From the NCBI GenBank assembly GCA_040767425.1, contig JAXGON010000006.1, positions 54,595 through 118,594 on the forward strand: 64,000 nucleotides of DNA. The letters run 5' to 3'. Below the pieces are notes generated by a model. The model saw only the letters and a list, made by a program, of their open reading frames with translations. It searched no databases and was not told the DNA's origin. The first letter of the stretch is position 1; every line of letters starts with the position of its first letter. Below, piece after piece: positions 26,907-35,089 of this stretch. A program made the position numbers and the translations under genes. This stretch comes from Anaerolineae bacterium. GTDB taxonomy: Bacteria > Chloroflexota > Anaerolineae > UBA1429.

Positions 26907-28280
26907 ATGAACCCCGAAAAAGACCTGACGCCAGAAGAGTTGTTAGCCCGCGCCAATGCCCCCGCTGCCGAGGCGATGCGGCTGCATCCATTCTATAGGG
27001 GCAAGATCCAGGCGGTGCCCAAATGCCCCGTGCGCAGCCTGGACGATTTCTCCATCTGGTACACTCCTGGCGTGGCGGCGCCTTGTCGCGCTATTGAGGC
27101 GGATCCCGAGCAAGTGTTCGAGCACACCAATCGCGGCAACAGCGTGGCCATCGTCACCGACGGGACCCGCGTGTTGGGCTTGGGCAACATCGGCCCCAAG
27201 GCGGGCATGCCCGTCATGGAGGGCAAGGCGCTCCTGTTCAAGTATCTCGGCGGCGTCGATGCGGTTCCCCTTTGCCTCAAGACCGAGTCTGCCGAGGACA
27301 TCATCCAGACGGTGCGGCTGATCCAGCCCACCTTTGGCGGCATCAACCTTGAGGACATTGCCCAGCCCAAGTGCTTTACCGTGCTGGATACGCTCCGCGC
27401 CGATCCGTCGGTCGAGATCCCCGTCTTTCACGATGACCAGCAGGGGACGGCCACGGTGATCCTGGCGGGATTGCTCAATGCGCTCAAGCTCACGGGCCGC
27501 GAGCTGTCCGAGACGCGGTTCGCCTTTGTGGGGATGGGCGCTGCCAATGTGGCCACCCTGCGCCTGCTGCGGGCCAGCGGCGTGCAATGGGAGCAGGTCA
27601 TCGCGACCGATAGCCGCGGCATCCTTCACCGTGATCGCGACGACGTGCAAGCGCAGCGTGACGACTTTCCTGACAAGTGGATGCTCTGCCAGCATAGTAA
27701 CGTCGAGAATCGGCGGGGCGGCATCGAGGAGGCTCTCCGCGGCGCTGACGTGTGCATCGCGTTGGCCAAGCCTGGCCCTGGGACGCTGTCCGCGGAGGCG
27801 GTCCACGGCATGGCGCCTGATAGCATCGTCTTTGCCTGCGCCAATCCCGTACCCGAGATCTGGCCCTGGGAGGCCAAGGATGCGGGGGCTTGCATCGTGG
27901 CCACGGGGCGCTCCGATTTCCCCAACCAGCTCAACAACTCGCTGGGGTTCCCTGGCATCTTTCGCGGCGCGCTAGACGTGCGGGCGCGCACCATCTCGGA
28001 CGAGATGTGCCTCGCGGCGGCGGCCGAACTGGCGGCCTTTGCCGAGGCCAAGGGCCTGGACCCAGACCACATCGCGCCCGACATGGAGGATCGCGAGATC
28101 TTTGAGAGGGTAGCTGTAGCCGTGGGCATGAGGGCACAGGAGCAAGGGTTGGCGCGGCTCGCCATCGCCCGTGATGATCTCCTGGCCATGGCCCATAGCC
28201 GCATCGCCGAGTCGCGCGAGATGATCGATCTGCTCATGCGCGAGGGGGCCATTGCGCCCGTGCCCGAGGTCGAGAGCTAG
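26907..28280 (+). CDS. NAD(P)-dependent malic enzyme
   Basis: YTPGVA, PVMEGK, NLEDI, HDDQQGTA, FACANPVPEI, TGRSDFPNQ. Confidence 0.96.
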   Translation: MNPEKDLTPEELLARANAPAAEAMRLHPFYRGKIQAVPKCPVRSLDDFSIWYTPGVAAPCRAIEADPEQVFEHTNRGNSVAIVTDGTRVLGLGNIGPKAGMPVMEGKALLFKYLGGVDAVPLCLKTESAEDIIQTVRLIQPTFGGINLEDIAQPKCFTVLDTLRADPSVEIPVFHDDQQGTATVILAGLLNALKLTGRELSETRFAFVGMGAANVATLRLLRASGVQWEQVIATDSRGILHRDRDDVQAQRDDFPDKWMLCQHSNVENRRGGIEEALRGADVCIALAKPGPGTLSAEAVHGMAPDSIVFACANPVPEIWPWEAKDAGACIVATGRSDFPNQLNNSLGFPGIFRGALDVRARTISDEMCLAAAAELAAFAEAKGLDPDHIAPDMEDREIFERVAVAVGMRAQEQGLARLAIARDDLLAMAHSRIAESREMIDLLMREGAIAPVPEVES

Positions 28281-28301
28281 CCGTCGGCGGGAGGACGATC
28301 C

Positions 28302-28499
28302 ATGGCGGAAGCCACCATCCTGTATCACGATCAGCGTTGGCGTGTCCGTAGCGGCATGACCGTGCGTGACGCCATCATCAAGCTGGAGCTAGATCCGCAG
28401 ACCGTGCTGGCGGTGCGCGACAAGCGGCTGATCAACGAGGAGACCCTCATCCAGCCCGAGGACGAGATTCGCCTGGTCAATGTGATCTCGGGTGGCTAG
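28302..28499 (+). CDS. MoaD/ThiS-like sulfur carrier (TtuB-like)
   Basis: 65-aa ubiquitin-like protein ending in VISGG, adjacent to ttuA. Confidence 0.88.
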   Translation: MAEATILYHDQRWRVRSGMTVRDAIIKLELDPQTVLAVRDKRLINEETLIQPEDEIRLVNVISGG

Positions 28500-28514
28500 G
28501 CGGCGGGGGATCCG

Positions 28515-29441
28515 ATGACCCACGTGATGCGATGCACCCAATGCGGGGCAGAGGCGGTCATCAACATGCCGCAGCACCGCCTCAAGCTGTGTGGCGAGCA
28601 TTTGGTGGCTTGGGCCGCCAAGATGACACAAAAGGCCATCGATCGCTACGGGTTGTTCACGCGGGACGAGCGGATCTTGGTGGCGGTCTCGGGGGGCAAG
28701 GATAGCCTCGCGCTTTGGGATATCCTGCAGCAGCTCGACTATGCGAGCGAGGGCCTCTATATCCACCTGGGCATCGATCAGCAGAGGTACTCGGACGTCT
28801 CGCAGGAGGCGGCCCAGCGGTTCGCCGATGAGCGTGGTCTCACCTTGCACGTCGTAGATGTGCGGGCAACCTATGGCAAGAGCGTCATCGAGGTAGCCCG
28901 TCGCCGACGGGGCGGACGTACCTGTTCCGTATGTGGCCTGGTCAAGCGGCACATCATGAACCGCATGGCCTACGAAGGCGGCTTTGCGGCCATCGCCACG
29001 GGGCATAACCTCGATGACGAGGCCGCCGTCCTGCTGATGAACACGCTCCATTGGGAGGGGCGCTATCTCTCCCGCCAGGCCCCGCTGCTGCCGGCCATCC
29101 ATCCTCGGTTGGCGCGCAAGGTCAAGCCGCTGGTCTTGCTCTATGAGCGCGAGATGGCCGCCTATGCGCTGGTGCGGGAGATCGACTATGTGATGCAGGA
29201 ATGCCCCTATGCCCAAGGCGCTAGCTCGATCTACGCCAAGGGCATCCTCAACCAGATCGAGAGCCAGTCGCCAGGGAGCAAGCACCAGTTCTACCTGGGG
29301 TTCCTGCGGGCGCGCGAAAGCGGCCTGATCGCCAGCGATGGAGCGGCCGACGTTCCCTCGGATACCTGTGCCCAGTGCGGGCAGCCGACCACGGCGGGCG
29401 GCCTGTGTGCCTTTTGTCGGTTGTGGGAGGCGGCCGAGTGA
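28515..29441 (+). CDS. ttuA: tRNA 2-thiolation ATP pyrophosphatase (TtuA/Ncs6 type)
   Basis: N-terminal CxxC/CxxH, SGGKDS, CSVC, TGHNLDDE, CPY and C-terminal CxxC..CxxC zinc finger. Confidence 0.85.
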   Translation: MTHVMRCTQCGAEAVINMPQHRLKLCGEHLVAWAAKMTQKAIDRYGLFTRDERILVAVSGGKDSLALWDILQQLDYASEGLYIHLGIDQQRYSDVSQEAAQRFADERGLTLHVVDVRATYGKSVIEVARRRRGGRTCSVCGLVKRHIMNRMAYEGGFAAIATGHNLDDEAAVLLMNTLHWEGRYLSRQAPLLPAIHPRLARKVKPLVLLYEREMAAYALVREIDYVMQECPYAQGASSIYAKGILNQIESQSPGSKHQFYLGFLRARESGLIASDGAADVPSDTCAQCGQPTTAGGLCAFCRLWEAAE

Positions 29442-30124
29442 GCGAGATCGACCGCGCGGGCTATCGGTACCTCGATCTGATCACGGTGGGCTTTGTAGCC
29501 GTTCTGATGATCAGCAACATCGCTTCCACCAAGTTTGTGGCCATCGGACCGCTCTCCTTTGACGGGGGTACGCTGCTGTTCCCCGTGGCCTACATCCTGG
29601 GCGATGTGGTGACAGAGGTGTACGGCTTCCAGAGGGCTCGTCGGGTGATCTGGATGGGGTTTGGCGCCACTGCGCTGATGGCGGCTACCTTGGCGTTGGT
29701 GGGGGCGTTGCCCTCGGCTGAGGGCTGGGAGCACCAGTCGGCCTATCGGGCCATCCTCGGGGCGACGCCTCGCATCGTGTTGGGCAGCTTGGTGGCCTAC
29801 TGGGTGGGCAGCTTTGCCAATGCCTGGCTGATGGCCAAGCTCAAGATCGCCACCGAGGGGCGTTTCCTCTGGGTGCGCACCATCGCCAGCACCCTGGTGG
29901 GCGAGGGGGTGGACACGGTGCTGTTTGTGCTGGTGGCCTTTGCGGGGGCGTGGCCCGCGGCGCTCTTGTGGTCGGTGATCGCATCCAACTATGTCTTCAA
30001 GTGCTCGCTAGAGATCGCCGTCACCCCACTGACCTATGGGGTGGTGAACGGCATCAAGCGAGCCGAGGGTGAGGACTTTTTCGACCATGATACACAGTTC
30101 ACGCTCTTCAGACTGGGGTCTTGA
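29438..30124 (+). CDS. yhhQ: queuosine precursor transporter (YhhQ/VUT family)
   Basis: SNIASTK, FPVAYILGDVVTEVYG, PRIVLGSLVAY, STLVGEGVDT. Confidence 0.92.
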   Translation: MSEIDRAGYRYLDLITVGFVAVLMISNIASTKFVAIGPLSFDGGTLLFPVAYILGDVVTEVYGFQRARRVIWMGFGATALMAATLALVGALPSAEGWEHQSAYRAILGATPRIVLGSLVAYWVGSFANAWLMAKLKIATEGRFLWVRTIASTLVGEGVDTVLFVLVAFAGAWPAALLWSVIASNYVFKCSLEIAVTPLTYGVVNGIKRAEGEDFFDHDTQFTLFRLGS

Positions 30125-30126
30125 CC

Positions 30127-31104
30127 ATGGATGATCTCTCTTTGCTTCTCAACCCCGAGGGTGATCCCACGGACCTGATACTCAACGAGGATCTACCGTC
30201 GGAGCATCGCAGCGGCTTTGTGGCGTTGGTGGGCAAGCCCAACGTGGGCAAGTCGACCTTATTGAACACCTGGCTGGGCACCAAACTGGCCCCCGTCTCG
30301 CCCAAGCCGCAGACCACGCGTAGCCGCCTGCTGGGCATTCTCACCCGTGACGACGCGCAGGTGATCTTTGTGGATACGCCTGGCATTCACGAACCCCGAC
30401 ACAAGCTGGGCGAGCTGATGGTGGCCACCGCCAAGAACTCTCTCTCCGAGGCCGATGTGATCCTGTTCCTGGTGGACGGCGCTTTTCCTCCCACCCAAGG
30501 CGACGAGCGCGTGGCCGAGCTGATGGACGCCGCACAGGGCGCTCCTGTTTTCCTGGTGATCAACAAGCGCGATCTGGTCACAAGGGGGCAACTCCATGAT
30601 AACTGGGCCGCCTTTGTAGCCGATCACAGTTATATTCAGTCGTTTTCTATCAGTGCGCTGGAGGGTGATGGCTGTGAGGAGCTGCTCGACGCGGTGATCG
30701 AGGCGCTGCCGTTTGGGCCGCGATTCTTTCCCGCCAACCAAATCTCGGATATCAAAGAGCGCGTCATTGCGGCCGAGCTGGTCCGAGAGCAGCTCATGCG
30801 GCACCTGGATGAGGAAGTGCCGCACGCCACCGCCGTGGTGGTGGACGAGTACAAGCGTCGGGCCGATGACAAGCTATTCATCGCGGCCACCATCTATGTG
30901 GAAAAGGACTCGCAAAAGGGGATCGTGATCGGCAGCGGGGGCCGCATGATCAAACGCATCGGCAGCGAGGCTCGGCGCGAGTTGGAGCGATTCACTGGGC
31001 AGCATGTCTTCCTGGAGCTGTGGGTCAAAGTGCGCAAGAACTGGCGCCGCAACGAGCGGTTCTTGCGCCAGCTAGGCTATGACCCTGCTGCTGGAAAAAG
31101 CTAG
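30127..31104 (+). CDS. era: GTPase Era
   Basis: GKPNVGKST, PQTTR, DTPG, NKRD and KH domain (EVPH, GIVIGSGG). Confidence 0.97.
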   Translation: MDDLSLLLNPEGDPTDLILNEDLPSEHRSGFVALVGKPNVGKSTLLNTWLGTKLAPVSPKPQTTRSRLLGILTRDDAQVIFVDTPGIHEPRHKLGELMVATAKNSLSEADVILFLVDGAFPPTQGDERVAELMDAAQGAPVFLVINKRDLVTRGQLHDNWAAFVADHSYIQSFSISALEGDGCEELLDAVIEALPFGPRFFPANQISDIKERVIAAELVREQLMRHLDEEVPHATAVVVDEYKRRADDKLFIAATIYVEKDSQKGIVIGSGGRMIKRIGSEARRELERFTGQHVFLELWVKVRKNWRRNERFLRQLGYDPAAGKS

Positions 31105-31110
31105 GATTCC

Positions 31111-31139
31111 TGGACGGGTCGATGGCTGCCGGCTATAAT
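31111..31139 (+). promoter_or_regulatory. sigma70-type promoter
   Basis: TGGACG-N17-TATAAT. Confidence 0.7.
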
Positions 31140-31226
31140 GCAGCCAGATGGATGTCGGCTGATCGCTAGAGTAGAGCGACGCGAGATCGCGGGCAACCAC
31201 GCCTCGCCCGAGAGTAGGAGGAACCC

Positions 31227-31871
31227 ATGTTGGTCCGTGAGCGCATGACAGCCCATCCCGTCACGGTGACGCCAGAGACTTCGTTACACGATGCCTTGCG
31301 CGCCATGCGAGAGGCCAAGGTGAGACGTCTGCCCGTGCTCAATAAGGCGGGCAAGCTGGCTGGCATCGTGCTGGAAAAGGACCTGCTCTACGCTTCGCCC
31401 TCTCCCGCCACCAGCCTTAGCATCTATGAGCTGAACTATCTCGTCTCCAAGATCACAGTGGGCGAGCTGATGACCCGCGATGTGGTGACGGTGAGCGAGG
31501 ATTGCCCGCTGGAAGAGGCGGCGCGCATCATGGTGGATAATAACATCAGCGGCCTGCCCGTGATGCGCGGCGAGACCCTGGTGGGCATGATTACCGAGAG
31601 CGACCTGTTCAAGATCTTTTTGGAGCTGTTCGGTGCGCGCACCATGGGAATGCGGGTGACCATCAAGGTCCCCGAGGGCAAGGGCGTCCTGGCCAAGTTG
31701 ACAGAGGTGCTGGCCGACAATAGCGCCAACATTATCTCGCTGGGGACCTTTTTCGGGGACGACCTCTCCAACCGAACCATCGTCTTCAAGGTGCAGGGGA
31801 TCGATGAGGAGACCATGCGTGACGCCGTCAAACAGGTTGGGGCCGAGTTGGTCGACCTGCGCGTCACCTAG
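31227..31871 (+). CDS. CBS-pair plus ACT domain protein (AcuB-like)
   Basis: two CBS repeats (RRLPV, SGLPV) and a C-terminal ACT-like domain. Confidence 0.9.
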   Translation: MLVRERMTAHPVTVTPETSLHDALRAMREAKVRRLPVLNKAGKLAGIVLEKDLLYASPSPATSLSIYELNYLVSKITVGELMTRDVVTVSEDCPLEEAARIMVDNNISGLPVMRGETLVGMITESDLFKIFLELFGARTMGMRVTIKVPEGKGVLAKLTEVLADNSANIISLGTFFGDDLSNRTIVFKVQGIDEETMRDAVKQVGAELVDLRVT

Positions 31872-31892
31872 TGACGGCTGTGGAGAGTGACG

Positions 31893-31927
31893 GCGGGCGG
31901 GGGTGTATCCTCCGCCCGCTTCTGTTT
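31893..31927 (+). terminator. intrinsic terminator
   Basis: GCGGGCGGGGG-TGTAT-CCTCCGCCCGC then TTCTGTTT, between convergent genes. Confidence 0.7.
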
Positions 31928-31945
31928 ACGTGGACGGTACGCCGA

Positions 31946-32539
31946 TCAGCCGCGCGGCGCCAAGAGACAGGCTCGCGCCTGGGCCGCCGCGCGTGCTCGA
32001 TGGCTGATGCGGTTCTTTTCCTCGGCCGAGAGCTCTGCCATGGTGCGGGAATCGCCCGCTATGAGGAATATCGGGTCATAGCCGAAACCCCGGCTGCCGC
32101 GCGGCTCCTCTACGATGATCCCCTCGCAGGTGCCCTCTACCAGCTCCTCGCGCCCCTCTGGCCACACCAGAGCGATCACGCAGCGAAAGCGGGCGGTGCG
32201 CTCGTCTAGCGGCACGTCACGCAAGCGCTGCAAGAGGTACTGGACTCGGTCAGCATCATTGGCATGATCGCCAGCGTAGCGGGCTGACCGCACCCCTGGC
32301 GCACCCTCCAGGGCGTCCACCTCCAGGCCCGAGTCGTCGGCCAGGGTGAGCAGGCCGCTCTGTTGGGCATAGGCGCGGGCCTTGAGCAGGGCGTTCTCCT
32401 CATAGGTGGTGCCCGTCTCGGGGACGTCATCAGCGATGCCCACATCATCCAAAGAGAGCAACTGGTGGGGCAACCCATGGAGGAGCTGGCGGTATTCGCG
32501 CACCTTGCCGGGATTGTGGGTGGCGATGAGCAGGCGCAT
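31946..32539 (-). CDS. rdgB: non-canonical purine NTP pyrophosphatase (RdgB/HAM1)
   Basis: ATHNPGKV, ENALLKA, DDSGL, GFGYDPIF and SHRARA. Confidence 0.96.
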   Translation of the reverse strand: MRLLIATHNPGKVREYRQLLHGLPHQLLSLDDVGIADDVPETGTTYEENALLKARAYAQQSGLLTLADDSGLEVDALEGAPGVRSARYAGDHANDADRVQYLLQRLRDVPLDERTARFRCVIALVWPEGREELVEGTCEGIIVEEPRGSRGFGYDPIFLIAGDSRTMAELSAEEKNRISHRARAAAQARACLLAPRG

Positions 32540-32543
32540 GGGG

Positions 32544-33308
32544 CTATTCCTTCGCTTGGGATTGTTTGCGGCTGGCAGGCAGATCGGTCGCGCGAGCGAG
32601 GGTCAAGGCGCCAACGGTGCTGGCGCCGGCGCGGCGCAGGCTCTCGGCGCAGGCGCCCAATGTGGCGCCCGTCGTGCAGACGTCATCGATTATCAGGACG
32701 CGTTGCCCAACCACAGCGGCGTCGGTGACGGCAAAGGCGCCGTGGACGTTGGCTAGCCGTTCGGCGCGGTTCAGCCCAACCTGTGCGGGCGTGTCTCGCA
32801 GACGGGAGATGGCCTCGACGACGGGCCAACCCAGCCGCGATGACATCTCGGATGCCAGAAGGCGCGATTGGTTGTACCCGCGCTCGCGCTCCCTAGCACG
32901 ATGGAGCGGCACCGGTACGAGCAGATCGACATCGAGTCGTAGGTCGACGGCATAGGCTGCCATCAATGCCCCCAGGGGCGCGGCCAGCACACGCACCCCA
33001 TCGTACTTGAGCGCGTGAATGGCCTTGCTCAACGGATACTTGTGAAGCGCCACGCTGCGCAAGCTATCGACCGGCGGAGGATGGTGACGGCAGCGAGCGC
33101 AAAGCGCCCCACTCGTGATCGGACGCCCGCAGCGCTGGCAGAGCGGCGGGGCCTGGATCGCGATCTGGTCATGGCAGTTCTGGCAGAACCAAGAGCCGAG
33201 AGCCCCGCACGCAACGCAGTGCGGTGGGAACACGAGATCCAGGATCGACGTAAGCAAGCGCAGACTGGCCGACGCTAGCGTGCCGGGGCGCGTGGTCTGC
33301 TGAGCCAC
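32544..33308 (-). CDS. comF: ComF family protein (zinc ribbon plus PRTase)
   Basis: FPPHCVAC, four CxxC, VPVPLH, RGYNQS and IDDVCTTGAT. Confidence 0.93.
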   Translation of the reverse strand: MAQQTTRPGTLASASLRLLTSILDLVFPPHCVACGALGSWFCQNCHDQIAIQAPPLCQRCGRPITSGALCARCRHHPPPVDSLRSVALHKYPLSKAIHALKYDGVRVLAAPLGALMAAYAVDLRLDVDLLVPVPLHRARERERGYNQSRLLASEMSSRLGWPVVEAISRLRDTPAQVGLNRAERLANVHGAFAVTDAAVVGQRVLIIDDVCTTGATLGACAESLRRAGASTVGALTLARATDLPASRKQSQAKE

Positions 33309-33317
33309 CTATGGCCC

Positions 33318-33509
33318 CTAGGGCAACACCAGGGCTAGCGTCGCCAGGACGGCGAACATGGCCGCGGCCAGGATGCCCACGTGCTTGAGATCCTGGAGCA
33401 CATAGCGGTACTCGCTGGCAAAATCGACGGTGCGGTCCTTGGTCTCTTGGGAGCGTTGGCTGCGGGCTCGCCTCGCGGCCGCCGAGCGCGCCTTTTTGCT
33501 TCTGGCCAT
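33318..33509 (-). CDS. small single-TM protein, unknown function
   Basis: GAGGAG RBS; basic N-terminus and hydrophobic C-terminus. Confidence 0.75.
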   Translation of the reverse strand: MARSKKARSAAARRARSQRSQETKDRTVDFASEYRYVLQDLKHVGILAAAMFAVLATLALVLP

Positions 33510-33553
33510 GGTCTCCTCGCGTTCGCGGCGCTAGTCCATACGTGTATAGCGCG

Positions 33554-33582
33554 ATTATACGATGAGCCGTCGCGGTCACCAA
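33554..33582 (-). promoter_or_regulatory. promoter of the hypothetical-comF-rdgB unit
   Basis: TTGGTG-N17-TATAAT. Confidence 0.6.
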
Positions 33583-33596
33583 GCAGCGGCCTGCAG

Positions 33597-35048
33597 TTAC
33601 CCCTTGATCACCCCGATGGGCACGGTTCGAGCCACCTTGCGGGCTAGGCCGACCCCCTCCACCACGGTGACGACGTCGTCAACCGTCTTGTAGGCCTCGG
33701 GGGCCTCTTCGGCCAGGCCGCGCAGGCTGTCGGTGCGGATCGAGATGCCGCGCTCTTGGAGGTCTCGCCGGACTTGGTCACCACGCACGTCGCGGCGAGA
33801 TTGCGTACGGCTCTTGACCCGGCCGGCGCCGTGGCAGCACGAGCCAAACGACTCTCGCATGGCGCGGGTGGTGCCCAGCATGATATAAGAGCAGGTGCCC
33901 ATGCTGCCCGGGACCAGCACGGGCTGGCCCAGGTCCCTGAGCGTCGTTGGCACCTCAGGCAGGCCGGGCCCAAAGGCGCGGGTGGCGCCTTTGCGGTGGA
34001 CGCAGAGCTCTTGCCGGCGGCCGTCCACCTCGTGAGTTTCGATCTTGGCGATGTTGTGACAGACATCATAGACCAAGCGCAGGTCGTCCTTGTCCAGGTC
34101 GCTCCCCAACACTTGGGAGAAGGCCTCGCGCACCCGGTGGGTGATGGTCTGGCGGTTGGCCCAGGCATAGTTGGCGGCGCACGCCATGGCCGCCAGGTAC
34201 TGGCGCCCTTCGGGCGAGCTGAGGGGGGCGCAGGCCAGCTCGCGGTCGGGCAGATCGATGCGATAGCGAGAGACCGCCTGTTGCATGCTCCGCACGGCAT
34301 CGGTGCATACCTGGTGGCCGAGACCACGCGAGCCGCAGTGGATCCACACGGCCACGCATCCCTGGTGCAGCCCCAAGGCCGCGGCGGCGTCCTCGTCAAA
34401 GATCTCGGTGATGGCGTCGACCTCGAGAAAGTGGTTGCCCGATCCCAACGTACCGATTTGATCCAGTCCCCGCTCCTTGGCGCGTGCGCTGAGGGCGGCG
34501 GGGTCGGCCTGTGGCATCTCGCCGCGATCCTCGGTGTGCTCCAGGTCCTCGGGGCGACCCCATCCGCGGGAAAGGGCCCACCGCGAGCCTTGCTCGAGGA
34601 CCCGATCCAGCTCCCGGGCGGAGAGCGCCCGATCACGAGAGGAGCCTACGCCTGAGGGTACGGCCTGAAAGAGCGCCGCCAGCAGCGTGTCCATCCGGGG
34701 CCGGATGGCATCCGCATCGAGGCGCGTCGTCAGAACACGTACCCCGCAGTTGATGTCATAGCCCACGCCACCGGGAGAGATGACGCCATCGGGCGTTGCT
34801 GTGGCCGCCACTCCGCCGATGGGAAACCCATACCCCTGGTGTATATCGGGCATGGCCAGGGCGTGGCCAACAATGCCCGGCAGGGTGGTAGTGTTCTGCA
34901 GCTGATCGATCGACCGGTCCTCGAGGGCATTGGCCAGGATGCTTTCGTTGGCATAGAGCCGCCCGGGCACCCGCATGTCTGGTCGCAACGATGTGGGTAG
35001 GTCGTAGGTCCAACGGTCTCTGCGTACGAGATCGCTTCTGGTGACCAT
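33597..35048 (-). CDS. rtcB: RtcB RNA 3'-phosphate/5'-OH ligase, archaeal-like long form
   Basis: MPDIHQGYGFPIGG, DINCG, GSGNHF, HCGSRG, CHN, HRKGAT, PGSMG, HGAGR and EEAPEAYK. Confidence 0.97.
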   Translation of the reverse strand: MVTRSDLVRRDRWTYDLPTSLRPDMRVPGRLYANESILANALEDRSIDQLQNTTTLPGIVGHALAMPDIHQGYGFPIGGVAATATPDGVISPGGVGYDINCGVRVLTTRLDADAIRPRMDTLLAALFQAVPSGVGSSRDRALSARELDRVLEQGSRWALSRGWGRPEDLEHTEDRGEMPQADPAALSARAKERGLDQIGTLGSGNHFLEVDAITEIFDEDAAAALGLHQGCVAVWIHCGSRGLGHQVCTDAVRSMQQAVSRYRIDLPDRELACAPLSSPEGRQYLAAMACAANYAWANRQTITHRVREAFSQVLGSDLDKDDLRLVYDVCHNIAKIETHEVDGRRQELCVHRKGATRAFGPGLPEVPTTLRDLGQPVLVPGSMGTCSYIMLGTTRAMRESFGSCCHGAGRVKSRTQSRRDVRGDQVRRDLQERGISIRTDSLRGLAEEAPEAYKTVDDVVTVVEGVGLARKVARTVPIGVIKG

Positions 35049-35089
35049 ATCACTTGCCTCCCCAAACTACCGTTCGTTCATGCTATCGC

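Noticed and set aside
33644-34636. 330-aa alternative-frame ORF inside rtcB
   Set aside because: Arg/Pro/Ala-rich off-frame product; rtcB is complete in one frame, so no frameshift is needed.
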